DNA from: Dehalococcoidia bacterium
GTDB lineage: Bacteria; Chloroflexota; Dehalococcoidia; Bin125
Direction of reading: 5' to 3'
NCBI GenBank assembly: GCA_965247775.1
Contig: OZ252031.1
Span: 148,294 to 212,293, forward strand
Length of the DNA: 64,000 bases
In this document: piece after piece, positions 62,745 through 64,000 of the stretch
Position numbering within the stretch: the stretch's first letter is position 1
Layout: each line of letters begins with the position of its first letter
The notes under the pieces: generated by a model
Databases searched by the model: none
Told to the model about the DNA's origin: nothing
Seen by the model: only the letters and a program-made list of their open reading frames with translations
Made by a program: the position numbers and the translations under genes

Positions 62745-64000
62745 TCAGGCCGCGGGCGTGCGGACGATCGCGCCGCTGGAGAGGACGACGCCATCCTCGC
62801 AGCGGCTCTCGATGAGGCCGCCCTGGAACTGATGCTCGTACAGCTCGGCGTAGAGGCCGCCGGCGGCGAGGAGATCGGCGTGCGTGCCGGTCTCAGCCAG
62901 ACGCCCCTCCTGGAGGACGAAGATGACGTCGGCGGCGATGATGGTGGAGAGGCGGTGGGCGATGGCGATGGTGGTGCGGTCGCGCATGAGCGGTTCAAGG
63001 GCCTGCTGGACGAGGCGCTCACTGCGGGTGTCGAGGGCGGAGGTGGCCTCATCGAGGATGAGGATGGCGGGGTCCTTGAGCAGCACGCGGGCGATGGCGA
63101 GGCGTTGCTTCTCGCCGCCGCTGAGGCGGTAGCCGCGTTCGCCGACGAGGGTGTCGTAGCCTTCCTCCAACTGAAGGACGCGATCGTGGATGAAGGCGGC
63201 GCGGGCGGCGGCTTCGATCTCGTCTTGGCCGGCGCCCGGGCGGGCGTAGAGGAGGTTCTCGCGGACGCTGCCGTGGAAGAGGTAGCTCTCCTGGGTGACG
63301 AGGCCGATGGCTTCGGCCAGCGATTGGAGCTGGATGTCGCGGACGTCGCGGGCATCGATCTCGACGTGGCCGCTGGAGGCCTCATAGAGGCGGGGGATGA
63401 GATAGCTGACGGTGGACTTGCCGGCGCCACTGGGGCCGACGAGCGCGGCCAGCTGCCCGGGCTCGACCCGCAGGGAGACATCGCGGAGGGCGGGGCGGAG
63501 GGGTGGCGGCGCCGCCCCGGCGCTGGTGTCGGGGCCGGCGGCGGCGAAGCGGAAGGGGGCGGGGTAGGTGAAGGTGACGTCGCGCAGGGCGACGGCGCCC
63601 CGCAGCGAGGCCCGGGGGAGTGCGACGGCCTGGGGACCGTCGACGATGTCCGACTCGATGTCGAAGTATTCAAAGATGCGCTCGAACTTGGCGAGCGAGG
63701 ATTGCAACTCCACGGACTCGCGCAGCATGCCCATGATGGGGAAGAAGATGCGGGCCTGCACGGCGGTGAAGGCGACGATGGTGCCGGCGCTGAGCTGGGG
63801 CCCGAAGTTCTGGTCGATGGCGACGCCGGCGATGAGATAGGCGAAGGCGGGGGCCATGCTGAAGAAGATCTGGATGAAGGCGAAGGCGACCTCGCCGGTC
63901 ATCTGCTGGCGCACCTGGAGGTCGGCGAGTTCGCGGCTGGCGCGGCTGTAGCGGTCGACTTCGTCGTCGCGGCGGGCAAAGACCTTGGTGAGGAGGATGC
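62745..64000 (-). CDS. ABC transporter ATP-binding/permease protein (5' end beyond the window)
   Basis: GPSGAGKS, LSGGEKQR, LDEATSALD and IAHRLST motifs, with an N-terminal TM domain. Confidence 0.95.
   Translation of the reverse strand, partial: ILLTKVFARRDDEVDRYSRASRELADLQVRQQMTGEVAFAFIQIFFSMAPAFAYLIAGVAIDQNFGPQLSAGTIVAFTAVQARIFFPIMGMLRESVELQSSLAKFERIFEYFDIESDIVDGPQAVALPRASLRGAVALRDVTFTYPAPFRFAAAGPDTSAGAAPPPLRPALRDVSLRVEPGQLAALVGPSGAGKSTVSYLIPRLYEASSGHVEIDARDVRDIQLQSLAEAIGLVTQESYLFHGSVRENLLYARPGAGQDEIEAAARAAFIHDRVLQLEEGYDTLVGERGYRLSGGEKQRLAIARVLLKDPAILILDEATSALDTRSERLVQQALEPLMRDRTTIAIAHRLSTIIAADVIFVLQEGRLAETGTHADLLAAGGLYAELYEHQFQGGLIESRCEDGVVLSSGAIVRTPAA

Overview
This is a very GC-rich (about 70%) bacterial chromosomal window. 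Gene content and order suggest Chloroflexota, probably Dehalococcoidia-like (inference only). Most of it is housekeeping: cinA, comB, pyrF, a complete F1F0 ATP synthase operon followed by murA and mreB with a convergent rex, gyrA, tsaE-tsaB-ndk, rsfS, mnmA, three tRNAs (Ser-CGA, Ser-GGA, Pro-CGG), larA, and a branched-chain amino acid cluster (ilvE, ilvBNC, leuACDB, cimA). Several signals are not explained by the ORF track. (1) Three UGA codons at Cys-equivalent or Cys-adjacent positions are each followed by a SECIS-like hairpin of similar geometry: an OsmC-like selenoprotein, a frameshifted CxxU AhpD/CMD protein, and an unannotated 53-aa protein ending CCGHPGQPGC-UGA. (2) ATP synthase subunit a carries an acidic insertion of about 245 aa. 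(3) GyrA has a Lys/Ala-rich histone-H1-like tail of about 160 aa. (4) A Rex operator precedes the atp operon. (5) There is a Leu/Val leader-peptide attenuator at ilvB and an SD-sequestering leader at leuA. (6) A GC-skew-inverted block carries a PadR regulator, two paralogous membrane proteins and 10-bp phased repeats. (7) Several pseudogenes are collapsed by internal deletion. No CRISPR array, rRNA, integrase or transposase was seen. All family assignments come from motif recognition, not database searches.
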